From positions 1 to 30,734 of the IMG/VR virus record IMGVR_UViG_3300032244_000297: 30,734 bases of DNA; one strand, 5' to 3'. The notes under the pieces are model-generated. The model saw only the letters and a list, made by a program, of their open reading frames with translations, was not told where the DNA came from and did not search any database. The position numbers and the translations under genes are program-made. The stretch comes from a virus (Duplodnaviria; Caudoviricetes). Shown piece by piece: positions 1-7,705 of the stretch; position 1 is the first letter of the stretch; every line of letters begins with the position of its first letter.

Positions 1-5
1 AGAGT

Positions 6-132
6 GGGGGATCCTAATAAAGAGTATTTACAGTTTTGGGGGTGGGGGTATGTTTTTTAAATTTGAGTACGGGGGATCCTATTGGAAAGTATTTGAGGAT
101 TTGGGGGGTATGGGTGTGTTTTTTAAATTTGA
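6..132. repeat. Degenerate G-rich tandem duplication (~61-62 bp units)
   Basis: Units 6-66 and 71-132 both read GGGGGATCCTA...AGTATTT...TTTGGGGG...TGTTTTTTAAATTTGA. Confidence 0.75.
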
Positions 133-479
133 TGGTTAAAGAGAAAGAGAGGATGGGTGCTTAATACGCCGGAGGCTCACCCCCCACCCATATGCCGTGG
201 CACTGTTTTTTTGAGTTTGAGACTCGCCCATGTATGCAGATATCGCGCATTCACTCGGGAAATCATTATGTGAAATCGCCCCGGGACCGACCAGCGATCA
301 CTGGTAAGTTGCTCTCTACTGCTTCTCTGTGTGTATCAAAGAAATGTATTGATTTCTCTCACCATATCGCTAGAATATCGGTATTCCAATATTTGATATT
401 GGGGATTGCTCGAGCTCTCGTGCGTATTACCCAGGAGCAGCTCGAGTTCCCAGGAGTTCTATGACAAGTTCAAATAAAG

Positions 480-514
480 AAAAACCCCACATATACGGTT
501 AGGCATATGTGGGG
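480..514 (-). terminator. Rho-independent terminator ending the leftward operon
   Basis: 10-bp stem CCCCACATAT (485-494)/ATATGTGGGG (505-514), followed on the minus strand by a T-run; 20 nt downstream of the stop at 534. Confidence 0.75.
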
Positions 515-533
515 CAGACCCATGATTCTTGAT

Positions 534-716
534 TTAGTTCTGAAAGTCATCAATCCGCATGGTGGGATCGAATGGCTTGTCCTTTGGAGGACCGTAGTCG
601 CGTCTAGCGAGTTTCTTCTCGCGCTTCCATTGGTCACGCTTCTTGTTCTGTAACCGCTTCTTTCTGCGGTCTTTTCCGGGTTTATCCAGCATCGGGGTAT
701 TCCTCTTCGTCGCCAT
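534..716 (-). CDS. Small Lys/Arg-rich hypothetical protein
   Basis: ORF 534..746; likely start MATKRN at 716 behind GAGGA; last gene before the terminator. Confidence 0.6.
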   Translation of the reverse strand: MATKRNTPMLDKPGKDRRKKRLQNKKRDQWKREKKLARRDYGPPKDKPFDPTMRIDDFQN

Positions 717-984
717 CGTCCTCGGGATCGGTTCCAATCGACTCATGGAACAGAATCTCGTGTCCTTCAGCAGACAGAGAAGAGATCAGAAACTCACGAT
801 CTCCTTCGGAAAGATAGGGAAACAGCGTCTTGCTGCTACCCTTTCCATGCACCCATGCGTCCCAATGATCGCGTTCCACGGTCACGGTGATGGGCTTCGA
901 AGTCACGATACAGCGTCGAGAGATCGTATGGGGATTCGTGAAAGTGGGCTTCGGATCAGGAAGAACACGCTTCTCGGCTCTCAT
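682..984 (-). CDS. Conserved phage hypothetical protein
   Basis: W..G....FPYLS..DREFLIS motif recalled from small phage proteins; ATGA overlap with the upstream ORF. Confidence 0.7.
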   Translation of the reverse strand: MRAEKRVLPDPKPTFTNPHTISRRCIVTSKPITVTVERDHWDAWVHGKGSSKTLFPYLSEGDREFLISSLSAEGHEILFHESIGTDPEDDGDEEEYPDAG

Positions 985-1232
985 GCGAACACCTCCTGCG
1001 TGTTCTCATCGACCAGCACGGTGCAATCGGAAATGGACATTTCTGCCATTGGCATACAGTCCTGCACACGCAATGCTCCGCGAGAGAGCATAGAGAAGTC
1101 TGCATCAGAGATCGTGGTCAGGTTCACGGTAGTCTTTGACAGGTCAACCCACACAGGTTCCGAGTCTGGCAGCGACTGCTGAATGACAAGAATCTGACGA
1201 AACATGGGTACGCGCTTGGTTTGAGTGTTCAT
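981..1232 (-). CDS. Hypothetical protein
   Basis: 83-aa ORF with ATGA coupling on both sides. Confidence 0.65.
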   Translation of the reverse strand: MNTQTKRVPMFRQILVIQQSLPDSEPVWVDLSKTTVNLTTISDADFSMLSRGALRVQDCMPMAEMSISDCTVLVDENTQEVFA

Positions 1233-1321
1233 CGGTCTTTCCGAAACAGGTTTTCAAGTGAACTGCTAGCCAGCACCATGCCGATCAGCAGAAGAAGTAC
1301 GAGAGTGATTGCTTCATCCAT
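1229..1321 (-). CDS. 30-aa single-TM micropeptide (not in ORF track)
   Basis: MDEAITLVLLLLIGMVLASSSLENLFRKDR; its stop overlaps the ATG of 981..1232. Confidence 0.55.
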   Translation of the reverse strand: MDEAITLVLLLLIGMVLASSSLENLFRKDR

Positions 1322-1335
1322 TGGAAACGAGGATA

Positions 1336-1355
1336 GGGGGGTCTTGCGACCCCCC
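1336..1355 (-). terminator. GC-rich GNRA-tetraloop hairpin (terminator or RNA-stability element)
   Basis: Minus strand GGGGGGTC-GCAA-GACCCCCC, intergenic; no strong U tail. Confidence 0.55.
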
Positions 1356-1379
1356 GTGACCTCACCTCATTTGAAATGA

Positions 1380-1634
1380 TTAGGCGCTCTGCACGCTGAT
1401 CGTGCAGTCGCTCATACCCGCACCGAGGCGAGTATTCCAACGCTCGATCACGATGGGCAGACCCGCAGCGGTAGTCTCGTAGACATACTCGCCAGCGTCC
1501 GAATCGACCAGGCGCACATTGGTGCCCGCGATACGGCTAGCGAAAGCATCGAACTTGCTGTCGGTGCTATTGCTGTACAGATCAACGGTCACGGTGGCGC
1601 GGAAAGTCGGACGGAACTTGTTGCGATTCTTCAT
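1380..1634 (-). CDS. Hypothetical protein
   Basis: 84-aa ORF with upstream GGAG and strong codon bias. Confidence 0.75.
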   Translation of the reverse strand: MKNRNKFRPTFRATVTVDLYSNSTDSKFDAFASRIAGTNVRLVDSDAGEYVYETTAAGLPIVIERWNTRLGAGMSDCTISVQSA

Positions 1635-1769
1635 AGTGAAATCTCCAAGAAAGTGAATGCTAGAGTCGCTCTAGCGGGCGTGGTGGCGGGTTAGTACACC
1701 GAGACAACCCATTTGGAAAGGTTTGGAATGCGGTTAGGCATTCAAAACCCAGCATCCTATCGGATGGTA

Positions 1770-2063
1770 TTAGGGCGTGGTGGAACCCGTCGAAGCCACC
1801 CTCGACTTCTGACGCGGCGCACCTCGCGTATCGTTGGACACGGGCAGGGCGGCGATGTCGGAGGACAGTTCCGTGAAGGAGTACTGCGCTCGACCAGCCT
1901 TGCGAGCAGGGTCGCCCGTGACCCATACGGGGATCACGCTGTAACCGAGAGCGTCCTTGACCGTAAGCAGTTCCTTACGGGTGAGAACGGTCTTGTTCGG
2001 AAAGTGCTTCTTGCACTCTGCAAGAAACTCAACTTGGTTCTTCGTGTACGATGTGTTCGACAT
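1770..2063 (-). CDS. Stand-alone homolog of the N-terminal (putative DNA-binding) domain of the AAA+ ATPase at 7909..9324
   Basis: LTR.E...P.W...D...K/R.....Y....L pattern shared with the ATPase N-terminus; AAAGGA SD; own promoter. Confidence 0.75.
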   Translation of the reverse strand: MSNTSYTKNQVEFLAECKKHFPNKTVLTRKELLTVKDALGYSVIPVWVTGDPARKAGRAQYSFTELSSDIAALPVSNDTRGAPRQKSRVASTGSTTP

Positions 2064-2109
2064 ATGAGTGAGTGTCCTTTCTTTCTGTAGTACTTTCGAC
2101 TACTCCATA

Positions 2110-2137
2110 AATATACCACAGTCCGGTAATAAGTCAA
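2110..2137 (-). promoter_or_regulatory. Sigma70-type early promoter with a TTACCGGAC box in the spacer
   Basis: TTGACT-16 bp-TATATT with TG extension, upstream of 1770..2063. Confidence 0.7.
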
Positions 2138-2764
2138 GCACCTTCTAAAGATTTACATAAGATTTTTTTGTTCAAATAAAGCGTGTTATTTGAAATGCGA
2201 GTTATCCTATGATATGCAAGGTTTCTTGAACTTCGCATATGCTGGTGCGGTGAATGCCGGACCGGTCCAGCAGTCTGGAATGTCGAGGCGGTCCAGGGTA
2301 TAGAGTGTACACCATATGCAAGATTTCCTAGCATATCATATGATTTCTTACACTTACCCCATATGCAAGGAAATCTATTCGATGGGATTAGAATATTTGA
2401 ACTTTCGACATTCCCACGGCGTACACCCCAATATCTTATCAGGGAATATGATTCTACAGACCCTCAATCGGCAGCGGAAATACAGGGTGTTTCGGAGGGA
2501 TGCTGATAGTAACGGGAATATAAATCAGCAGGTTGCCAGCGCCGCGATGCAGGGTATAGAATGGGGGGTTTTTTGAACTTTCCCGCGTCCTCGGAGGGTA
2601 TTCGGGATGATCTGCGGGTGTCTCTGATGCGCTCGGAGGCGCAGTAGAACGCTTTCAGGCGCGTTCGGTGGGTGCTGCGGAGACTTGGCTACCGACTCGG
2701 TAACACACAGCACCCCCATTTATTAGCATTATTTTAGTATTCAAATAATACCATCAAATCCTTT

Positions 2765-2986
2765 CTAGACATTACAGTACCCCTCGTAATACCCTTCAAG
2801 TGCATCTATCGACACTAGATAAGGATCATGGCTCATTAGGATTCGACCCCTACCATCCATCTGTCGAAAGATATGACACGGTTCACCATGCACATACTTC
2901 AACCCGTCCCATGCAAGGTTCCTTCCCTCCTCATAGGTGATGATAAGCGCCTCTAGGTCTTTGAATGTTTTTTGAACTTTGCTCAT
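2765..2986 (-). CDS. Hypothetical protein (possible distant member of the small paralog family)
   Basis: ORF 2765..3007; start MSKVQK at 2986 or MLNTDAD at 3007. Confidence 0.6.
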   Translation of the reverse strand: MSKVQKTFKDLEALIITYEEGRNLAWDGLKYVHGEPCHIFRQMDGRGRILMSHDPYLVSIDALEGYYEGYCNV

Positions 2987-3000
2987 GTCAGCATCCGTAT

Positions 3001-3243
3001 TCAGCATCCGTACTCACGAATCAGGTAGTCTGCGGTATAGAAGTGACGCGAGGTGTTTTGGTCTGCATCGGTGAAGGTGAACACGAATACACCCTTTCTT
3101 GCATTTCCAAGTCCATCAGTCCACTCGGATTCGGGATCATAGTCCACGAAACGCTCAAAGGTCTTCTCCTCATGGCAGGTGAGTGTCCTCTCCAAGAGCA
3201 TGATGACTTCTTCCTTGTGCTTTGATTCCAGTAGTCTGCTCAT
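3001..3243 (-). CDS. Hypothetical protein
   Basis: Start MSRLLESK at 3243 overlaps the upstream stop (ATGA). Confidence 0.65.
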   Translation of the reverse strand: MSRLLESKHKEEVIMLLERTLTCHEEKTFERFVDYDPESEWTDGLGNARKGVFVFTFTDADQNTSRHFYTADYLIREYGC

Positions 3244-3515
3244 TGAATTACCTTCTCGGGATCGTGTACGAAGTAGTTGTTCTTGACGAAGAACTTCATT
3301 TCCTTGTGAGTGAGAATGCGGGAAGCGCCACCGATATCGAAGACGAAGTGTACCACGACACCGATCTGGCTTGAATGGGCACGAGTGTAGCACCCATGAA
3401 AGATGATTCCAGTCATGTTCTCAATCGTGGTGACAAGTGCTTGTTCATTCGGTGAGAGTGGGTAGTTGGGATCGTGTGTGGGCGCTCGCTTCATGTAAGC
3501 GGGTGATTTTCTCAT
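3240..3515 (-). CDS. Hypothetical protein, tandem paralog of 3512..3814
   Basis: THDP.YPLS.NE....TTIE...GI...GCY.R.H...HFVF...LTH..M.FFVKNNYF shared with the neighbour. Confidence 0.8.
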   Translation of the reverse strand: MRKSPAYMKRAPTHDPNYPLSPNEQALVTTIENMTGIIFHGCYTRAHSSQIGVVVHFVFDIGGASRILTHKEMKFFVKNNYFVHDPEKVIQ

Positions 3516-3856
3516 TTTTTGAACTTTCCGTTTCCGCTTGTGGATGAATAGATCAGGGCGTGGACTGCACGGGGTGCGAAGTAGTTGTTTTTCACGAAGA
3601 ACAGCATATGGGAATGGGTCAGGACATGGTAATCCCCGTCGTTAGAGTCGAGAAAGACGAAGTGTGTCAGGATACCGATACCCTTTGGATGCTCTCGGTT
3701 GTAGCATCCCTTGTATTCGATTCCTGCTGCTGCCTCTATCGTCGTGATGATTGCTTCCTCGTTACGAGAGAGAGGGTAGTAGGGATCGTGCGTTTCTGGC
3801 GTCTTGGTTCTCATTTTTTGAACTTTCCGTTTCCGTCTGTGGATGAATAGATCAGG
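3509..3856. repeat. 49-bp direct repeat (47/49 identical) at gene junctions
   Basis: 3509-3557 and 3808-3856, 299 bp apart; encodes LIYSST.GNGKFKK plus stop/start. Confidence 0.9.
3512..3814 (-). CDS. Hypothetical protein, tandem paralog of 3240..3515
   Basis: Start MRTKTPE at 3814 (ATGA overlap); same motifs as 3240..3515. Confidence 0.8.
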   Translation of the reverse strand: MRTKTPETHDPYYPLSRNEEAIITTIEAAAGIEYKGCYNREHPKGIGILTHFVFLDSNDGDYHVLTHSHMLFFVKNNYFAPRAVHALIYSSTSGNGKFKK

Positions 3857-4074
3857 TCGAGTACAAGTGCTTCCGATACACGAAACAGGTAGCCTCGGTT
3901 CGTAGTGAACAGAAAGTGCCGTTCGACCGTGCAGAAGAAGTCGAAGCGTGCGTCCTGCTGCTCCTCCATGTCCGTGAGAATACCCTCTAGGATTCGAATG
4001 GTCCAAGTGGGTTGAGCCAGATGCAGCACGATCATGTGCGGAGTCTTGAATACGAGTTCGTGTGGAATGTTCAC
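3811..4074 (-). CDS. Hypothetical protein
   Basis: 87-aa coupled ORF ending LIYSSTDGNGKFKK. Confidence 0.65.
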   Translation of the reverse strand: MNIPHELVFKTPHMIVLHLAQPTWTIRILEGILTDMEEQQDARFDFFCTVERHFLFTTNRGYLFRVSEALVLDLIYSSTDGNGKFKK

Positions 4075-4343
4075 TTGAACCTTTCGAGTTTCATTATCAA
4101 GAGTGCTGATGCAGACAGTTGCTTCTCGTCGTAGGACTCGACAGCGTTGCCTTTGTGGAAGATGTAGCGACGATCCTTGCCTCCAACAGCCACATACCCC
4201 ACATACATACGCAATCCCGCTCCCTCGACACCATACTCAACCGAGGTGATGGCGCTTGCGAGCATTTCCGATGTCAATGTATTCCCATCAGGTGGGGCTA
4301 CTAGCACAGGTTGGGTTAGATCGTCAGGGGATGTTTGTAGCAT
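4071..4343 (-). CDS. Hypothetical protein
   Basis: 90-aa ORF in the coupled minus-strand operon. Confidence 0.65.
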   Translation of the reverse strand: MLQTSPDDLTQPVLVAPPDGNTLTSEMLASAITSVEYGVEGAGLRMYVGYVAVGGKDRRYIFHKGNAVESYDEKQLSASALLIMKLERFK

Positions 4344-4539
4344 AGAGCGATGCCTCGTCTTTCATTTGGTCGAGAGTGAGCATCACACGCTGAAACCCAC
4401 CGTTCGACATTCGTTCCGGTGTGATGAAGTTCCATATGTGGCATCGGTAGCGGTCATTCCACCACCACGATTCAAGGGAGTATCCTGCCTTCTCAAGGAC
4501 TTGGATGCAGCGGTCAGGAAGTTCAACTACGGGATTCAT
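4324..4539 (-). CDS. Small paralog-family protein (L..AGY...F.TP...EA.LY)
   Basis: CIQVLEKAGY...WNFITP...MKDEASLY. Confidence 0.75.
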   Translation of the reverse strand: MNPVVELPDRCIQVLEKAGYSLESWWWNDRYRCHIWNFITPERMSNGGFQRVMLTLDQMKDEASLYATNIP

Positions 4540-4843
4540 TTTTCTTGCTTTTCAGAATATCGTTCGTGTGTTGAATCAGGGAGAGTGAATCGAACTCTGC
4601 TTCGGGGTTTCCTGCCAGCAGCGGACGGTTGAATCGAAAGAGTGCCGTGTCCTGCGAGGTTACATGGTCATGCCAGAAGAAGCACCCCATGAACTCCATG
4701 CCATACTCCTGCTCCATCGTGACGATGCACGCTTCGACCGTTGCAAGCATTCTGCAATCGTATCCGTCGATTCGTGCGATGTCAGCGACCGAATGCAGGG
4801 TAGTGTAGCGGCGCTTGATGCGTGACTTGGGTGTGTTAGGCAT
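4523..4843 (-). CDS. Hypothetical protein (possible distant paralog-family member)
   Basis: CIVTMEQEYGMEFMGC...LFRFNRP resembles the 3240/3512 pair. Confidence 0.65.
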   Translation of the reverse strand: MPNTPKSRIKRRYTTLHSVADIARIDGYDCRMLATVEACIVTMEQEYGMEFMGCFFWHDHVTSQDTALFRFNRPLLAGNPEAEFDSLSLIQHTNDILKSKKNESRS

Positions 4844-5036
4844 GGGAGTATTTCGTGAAGGATTGCTTTACGGTGCGTCGTTCGATTGCAGCAGCACCGT
4901 CACCGTGCATACGGCGCTGCTTCGTGATGGTCTTGCCGTGTCCGAAGGGTTTGCAGACTTGCTGGCGTGACAGTCGGACTGCCATGCCCTCGCGTTCAGC
5001 GGCTAGGTCGATTGCGTCAAGTTCACGCCGTGGCAT
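4836..5036 (-). CDS. Small basic hypothetical protein
   Basis: 66-aa ORF overlapping both neighbours. Confidence 0.55.
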   Translation of the reverse strand: MPRRELDAIDLAAEREGMAVRLSRQQVCKPFGHGKTITKQRRMHGDGAAAIERRTVKQSFTKYSHA

Positions 5037-5277
5037 ACAGTTCCGCCTCCATCAACAGTTCGGACACATTCACTCCATAGTACGCATCACCACCAACGCC
5101 GAAGTAGTTCTCGACCACGAAGATGAACTCCGTCATTACCTTTTCGGCATCCCAACGGGCGCAATCGAGTCGGTAGTTGTTCTGTCTCTCCAACACCGTG
5201 ATCGCTTCGATGATGTGCTTCGCACCGTGGATGAACACTTCATCCCTACTGTATGTCTTACTTTCGGGAACCTTCAT
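5023..5277 (-). CDS. Small paralog-family protein
   Basis: AITVLERQNNY...FIF...LLMEAELY. Confidence 0.7.
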   Translation of the reverse strand: MKVPESKTYSRDEVFIHGAKHIIEAITVLERQNNYRLDCARWDAEKVMTEFIFVVENYFGVGGDAYYGVNVSELLMEAELYATA

Positions 5278-5479
5278 CGGTCAGTCTCCTGTAGAAGTCA
5301 CCTGCTGCTATCACACCCACAGCATCCAGTTCGATCTGTACTCTATCACACGATGCTGCACCTTGGAAGATGTACTTCTTCAGAAGGTAGCCGTCCTCTT
5401 TCGTGTCGATCCACAAGTACCCTGCATGGTGCAGGATTGAGATTGCTTTCGACACTTTGGTGTTTGGCATCTGCTTCAT
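5258..5479 (-). CDS. Small paralog-family protein
   Basis: AISILHHAGY...YIFQ. Confidence 0.7.
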   Translation of the reverse strand: MKQMPNTKVSKAISILHHAGYLWIDTKEDGYLLKKYIFQGAASCDRVQIELDAVGVIAAGDFYRRLTDEGSRK

Positions 5480-5757
5480 CGTCGGCGCTCATTGATCGCT
5501 TGGGCGCGGCGCAGGTTCTCACGATCATCAGGGTTGACCATGACGATCTCGGGGGCAGTCTTATGCCCCCAATCCATGAACCCAACATATGCCTTCGCGT
5601 CGCTGCACTTGATGCAGGTCGAAGTATGCGGGAGCGCCTCACGGCGAGCAGGTGCAATCTGGCACCCACACTTGACGCAAGGATCGGTCACGATTGAAAT
5701 ACGAGAAGTTGAGGTTTTCATGCTTTCCATTGTATCAGATTCCGGTATGGGATTCAA
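5476..5757 (-). CDS. DksA/TraR C4-type zinc-finger protein
   Basis: CVKCGCQIAPARREALPHTSTCIKC matches CxxCG..I...R..A.P....CxxC. Confidence 0.8.
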   Translation of the reverse strand: MNPIPESDTMESMKTSTSRISIVTDPCVKCGCQIAPARREALPHTSTCIKCSDAKAYVGFMDWGHKTAPEIVMVNPDDRENLRRAQAINERRR

Positions 5758-5993
5758 GCGCAGGTTGACAGCGGCGAAATGCTTGGTGTTGCGAGAGAGT
5801 AGAGCGTTGCCTCGTTACGGAGTTCACACAGATGCAGGTCGATCTCCTGCTTGCACGGCGTGGTGAATGAGAAGAGAGTCTTCATCCCTCGACCATGCTT
5901 ACTCTTCCACTTGCCGTGGTAGGTGAACCCACATTCAAGCAGAATCGTGACGCACTCCTCCATCGGCATGATGCGTGATCGTTTCTGTCTCAT
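5754..5993 (-). CDS. Small paralog-family protein
   Basis: CVTILLECGF...FSFTTP...LRNEATLY. Confidence 0.75.
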   Translation of the reverse strand: MRQKRSRIMPMEECVTILLECGFTYHGKWKSKHGRGMKTLFSFTTPCKQEIDLHLCELRNEATLYSLATPSISPLSTCA

Positions 5994-6361
5994 AGCAGTA
6001 GCCTCGCTTCACTAATCAGGGCGGCACGATTCAGTTCCATCAACTTGCCTTCAGGCGTGTTGAACAGAAAGTAGTCCTTGTTCTTGTCGGTTTCGTGATG
6101 GTTCGACTTCAGGAATACCCATCCAGCCTTGGACAGAATCTGTGTCGCTTCTGCCATGGTCATCGGATCATCGACCGGCTGGGTGAACATGAAGTCGTCT
6201 GCGGTCACGGCATTGCTGAGTTCTTCCTCAACCGTGTCGCCGACCATCGACGCGATCTGATCCACGAGGTCCTTCATCGTCTGCTCGTTCATCGGCACGA
6301 TCAAAGCGTTCCGGTCGATGTAGTAGTTTGAGTTCTTCGGTGTCTTCGGTGCAGGTGTCAT
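5990..6361 (-). CDS. Paralog-family protein with an acidic N-terminal extension
   Basis: Start MTPAPK at 6361 (ATGA overlap); ATQILSKAGW...FLFNTPEG...LISEARLL. Confidence 0.75.
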   Translation of the reverse strand: MTPAPKTPKNSNYYIDRNALIVPMNEQTMKDLVDQIASMVGDTVEEELSNAVTADDFMFTQPVDDPMTMAEATQILSKAGWVFLKSNHHETDKNKDYFLFNTPEGKLMELNRAALISEARLLL

Positions 6362-6570
6362 TCTGTTTCCTTCGTGTAGATGGATGCTTCCATCTGAAGT
6401 GTTCTCCAATCTAGTGATCCTCGTACTCCGTCAGGTGTCTGAAAGTGATACACCAGTTTGTTTAGTTCCTGATGAAACTCACAACCCTCAAAGCGCCAAC
6501 CGGCGGCGATGAGGGTCGTCAAGTATTGCCTGGTTTCAGTCCCACATTGCTCGGGGTCGGTGAAGATCAT
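6358..6570 (-). CDS. Small paralog-family protein
   Basis: LTTLIAAGW...YHFQTPDG...LQMEASIY. Confidence 0.75.
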   Translation of the reverse strand: MIFTDPEQCGTETRQYLTTLIAAGWRFEGCEFHQELNKLVYHFQTPDGVRGSLDWRTLQMEASIYTKETE

Positions 6571-7010
6571 TAGGCATCACCCTTCCAATCTTCACCATTG
6601 TCCTGTTCATCCATGTTGCGGAGTTCACGCTCCACCTGATCCAACAAGTCGCGGAGTTGCGCGTCGATGTCCTTCATCGACTGCTGCGTTGCAGCAATGC
6701 CGTTGGTCACGATGGTTTCAGCCTGTTCAAGTGAGTTGCAGGTCTGCACCGCCTTGTAGATGCCCACCACACTTTCGTCGTGAGCGGTCAGCGGAATGCG
6801 TGCAGCGTTGAGTCGCTGCCCCATGAACGCCACCGTACCCTGCGCCACGCCGAGTTTGGTCTGAAGCAGATCGTTCTTGATGCGGAGCGTGTTGACGGTG
6901 CGAGAGAGAGCAGCGATGGTCTTGGCGTGAACGAGGTTCATGGAGTTTCCGGTTGCGTCCTTGTAATCGTGGAAGTCGAAGTTTTCGCTAGTCGGGTCGG
7001 TGTTGAACAT
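6570..7010 (-). CDS. Coiled-coil hypothetical protein
   Basis: ORF 6570..7040; likely start MFNTDP at 7010 after GAAAGG; heptad-like C-terminus. Confidence 0.7.
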   Translation of the reverse strand: MFNTDPTSENFDFHDYKDATGNSMNLVHAKTIAALSRTVNTLRIKNDLLQTKLGVAQGTVAFMGQRLNAARIPLTAHDESVVGIYKAVQTCNSLEQAETIVTNGIAATQQSMKDIDAQLRDLLDQVERELRNMDEQDNGEDWKGDA

Positions 7011-7023
7011 GGTGAGATGCCTT

Positions 7024-7122
7024 TCAGGCGTTGATGTCATCGAAATGGTAGTAGCACACGAACGGAATCACAACGGCACACACCGTTGCGAGAAAGATGA
7101 AGTAAGCAGCAGCAGCGACCAT
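7024..7122 (-). CDS. 32-aa single-TM micropeptide (not in ORF track)
   Basis: MVAAAAYFIFLATVCAVVIPFVCYYHFDDINA; TGATG coupling to the upstream ORF. Confidence 0.55.
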   Translation of the reverse strand: MVAAAAYFIFLATVCAVVIPFVCYYHFDDINA

Positions 7123-7214
7123 CAGGACTTGTCCTTTCGAGTGAGGTGATGGAAGATGAAGATCACTCCCGCAGATGCGAACGGAATGAGCAGACCGATC
7201 AGAAAGGATTCCAT
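7122..7214 (-). CDS. 30-aa single-TM micropeptide (not in ORF track)
   Basis: MESFLIGLLIPFASAGVIFIFHHLTRKDKS; TAATG coupling to the upstream ORF. Confidence 0.6.
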   Translation of the reverse strand: MESFLIGLLIPFASAGVIFIFHHLTRKDKS

Positions 7215-7705
7215 TAGTTCTTGCCCTTCTTCATGGTGCGCTGCGACCGCTGCGCCTTTCGCTTGTAGAACCGCTGAATCGCAGAGCGCAGTTCGTCATT
7301 GTCGGTGTCATCTCCCACATTGTAAGACTCCACCGAATACACGGAAATCTTGGAGATGCGGAACTCACCGTGCATTGAGAATGCGTCGATGATATCCCAA
7401 CAAGCGTTCTCGGTTCCACGGAAGTGCAGGTCACGCACGCCGGTCGGCAGCGTGGTGCCCGAACCGAAGTGCATCTTATTCACGATGGCACTCGACAGAC
7501 CGTGCTTGCGTTGTGCATCCTTGCTGCTGATCCAGTAGTCGGGTGCCTGGAAGTCCTGTTCGGGAGTCAGGTCGAAGTCGATATGCAGGTCGAACAGCGG
7601 TTCGGACAACTCCTTGAACTTCACCTTGTCGCACAGTCGCATGGCATGGTCACGGTTCGCTTCGATACGGCGAGAATCGGTCTTGGTCTTGTGAGTCTTG
7701 TTCAT
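7214..7705 (-). CDS. Hypothetical protein
   Basis: Start MNKTHK at 7705 after AAGGA; 163 aa. Confidence 0.75.
   Translation of the reverse strand: MNKTHKTKTDSRRIEANRDHAMRLCDKVKFKELSEPLFDLHIDFDLTPEQDFQAPDYWISSKDAQRKHGLSSAIVNKMHFGSGTTLPTGVRDLHFRGTENACWDIIDAFSMHGEFRISKISVYSVESYNVGDDTDNDELRSAIQRFYKRKAQRSQRTMKKGKN

Noticed and set aside
192-464. 90-aa plus-strand ORF
   Set aside because: Opposite to local gene polarity, no SD or recognisable motif; probably non-coding.
1640-1770. Possible tRNA/ncRNA around hairpin GCTAGAG-TCG-CTCTAGC
   Set aside because: No cloverleaf, T-loop or CCA end discernible; only a short hairpin.
2134-2719. Short ORFs at 2134..2334, 2316..2576 and 2525..2719
   Set aside because: Inconsistent strands, no RBS, and located in a repeat-rich intergenic block.
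2988-3012. 12-bp tandem duplication TCAGCATCCGTA
   Set aside because: Real, but most simply a slippage duplication at a gene junction; it only makes the start codon ambiguous.
3240-3856. Diversity-generating retroelement TR/VR pair
   Set aside because: The mismatches (AG versus GA) are not adenine-directional, and no reverse transcriptase is present in the window.
4855-5697. 280-aa plus-strand ORF
   Set aside because: Antisense to four coupled minus-strand genes with clear motifs.
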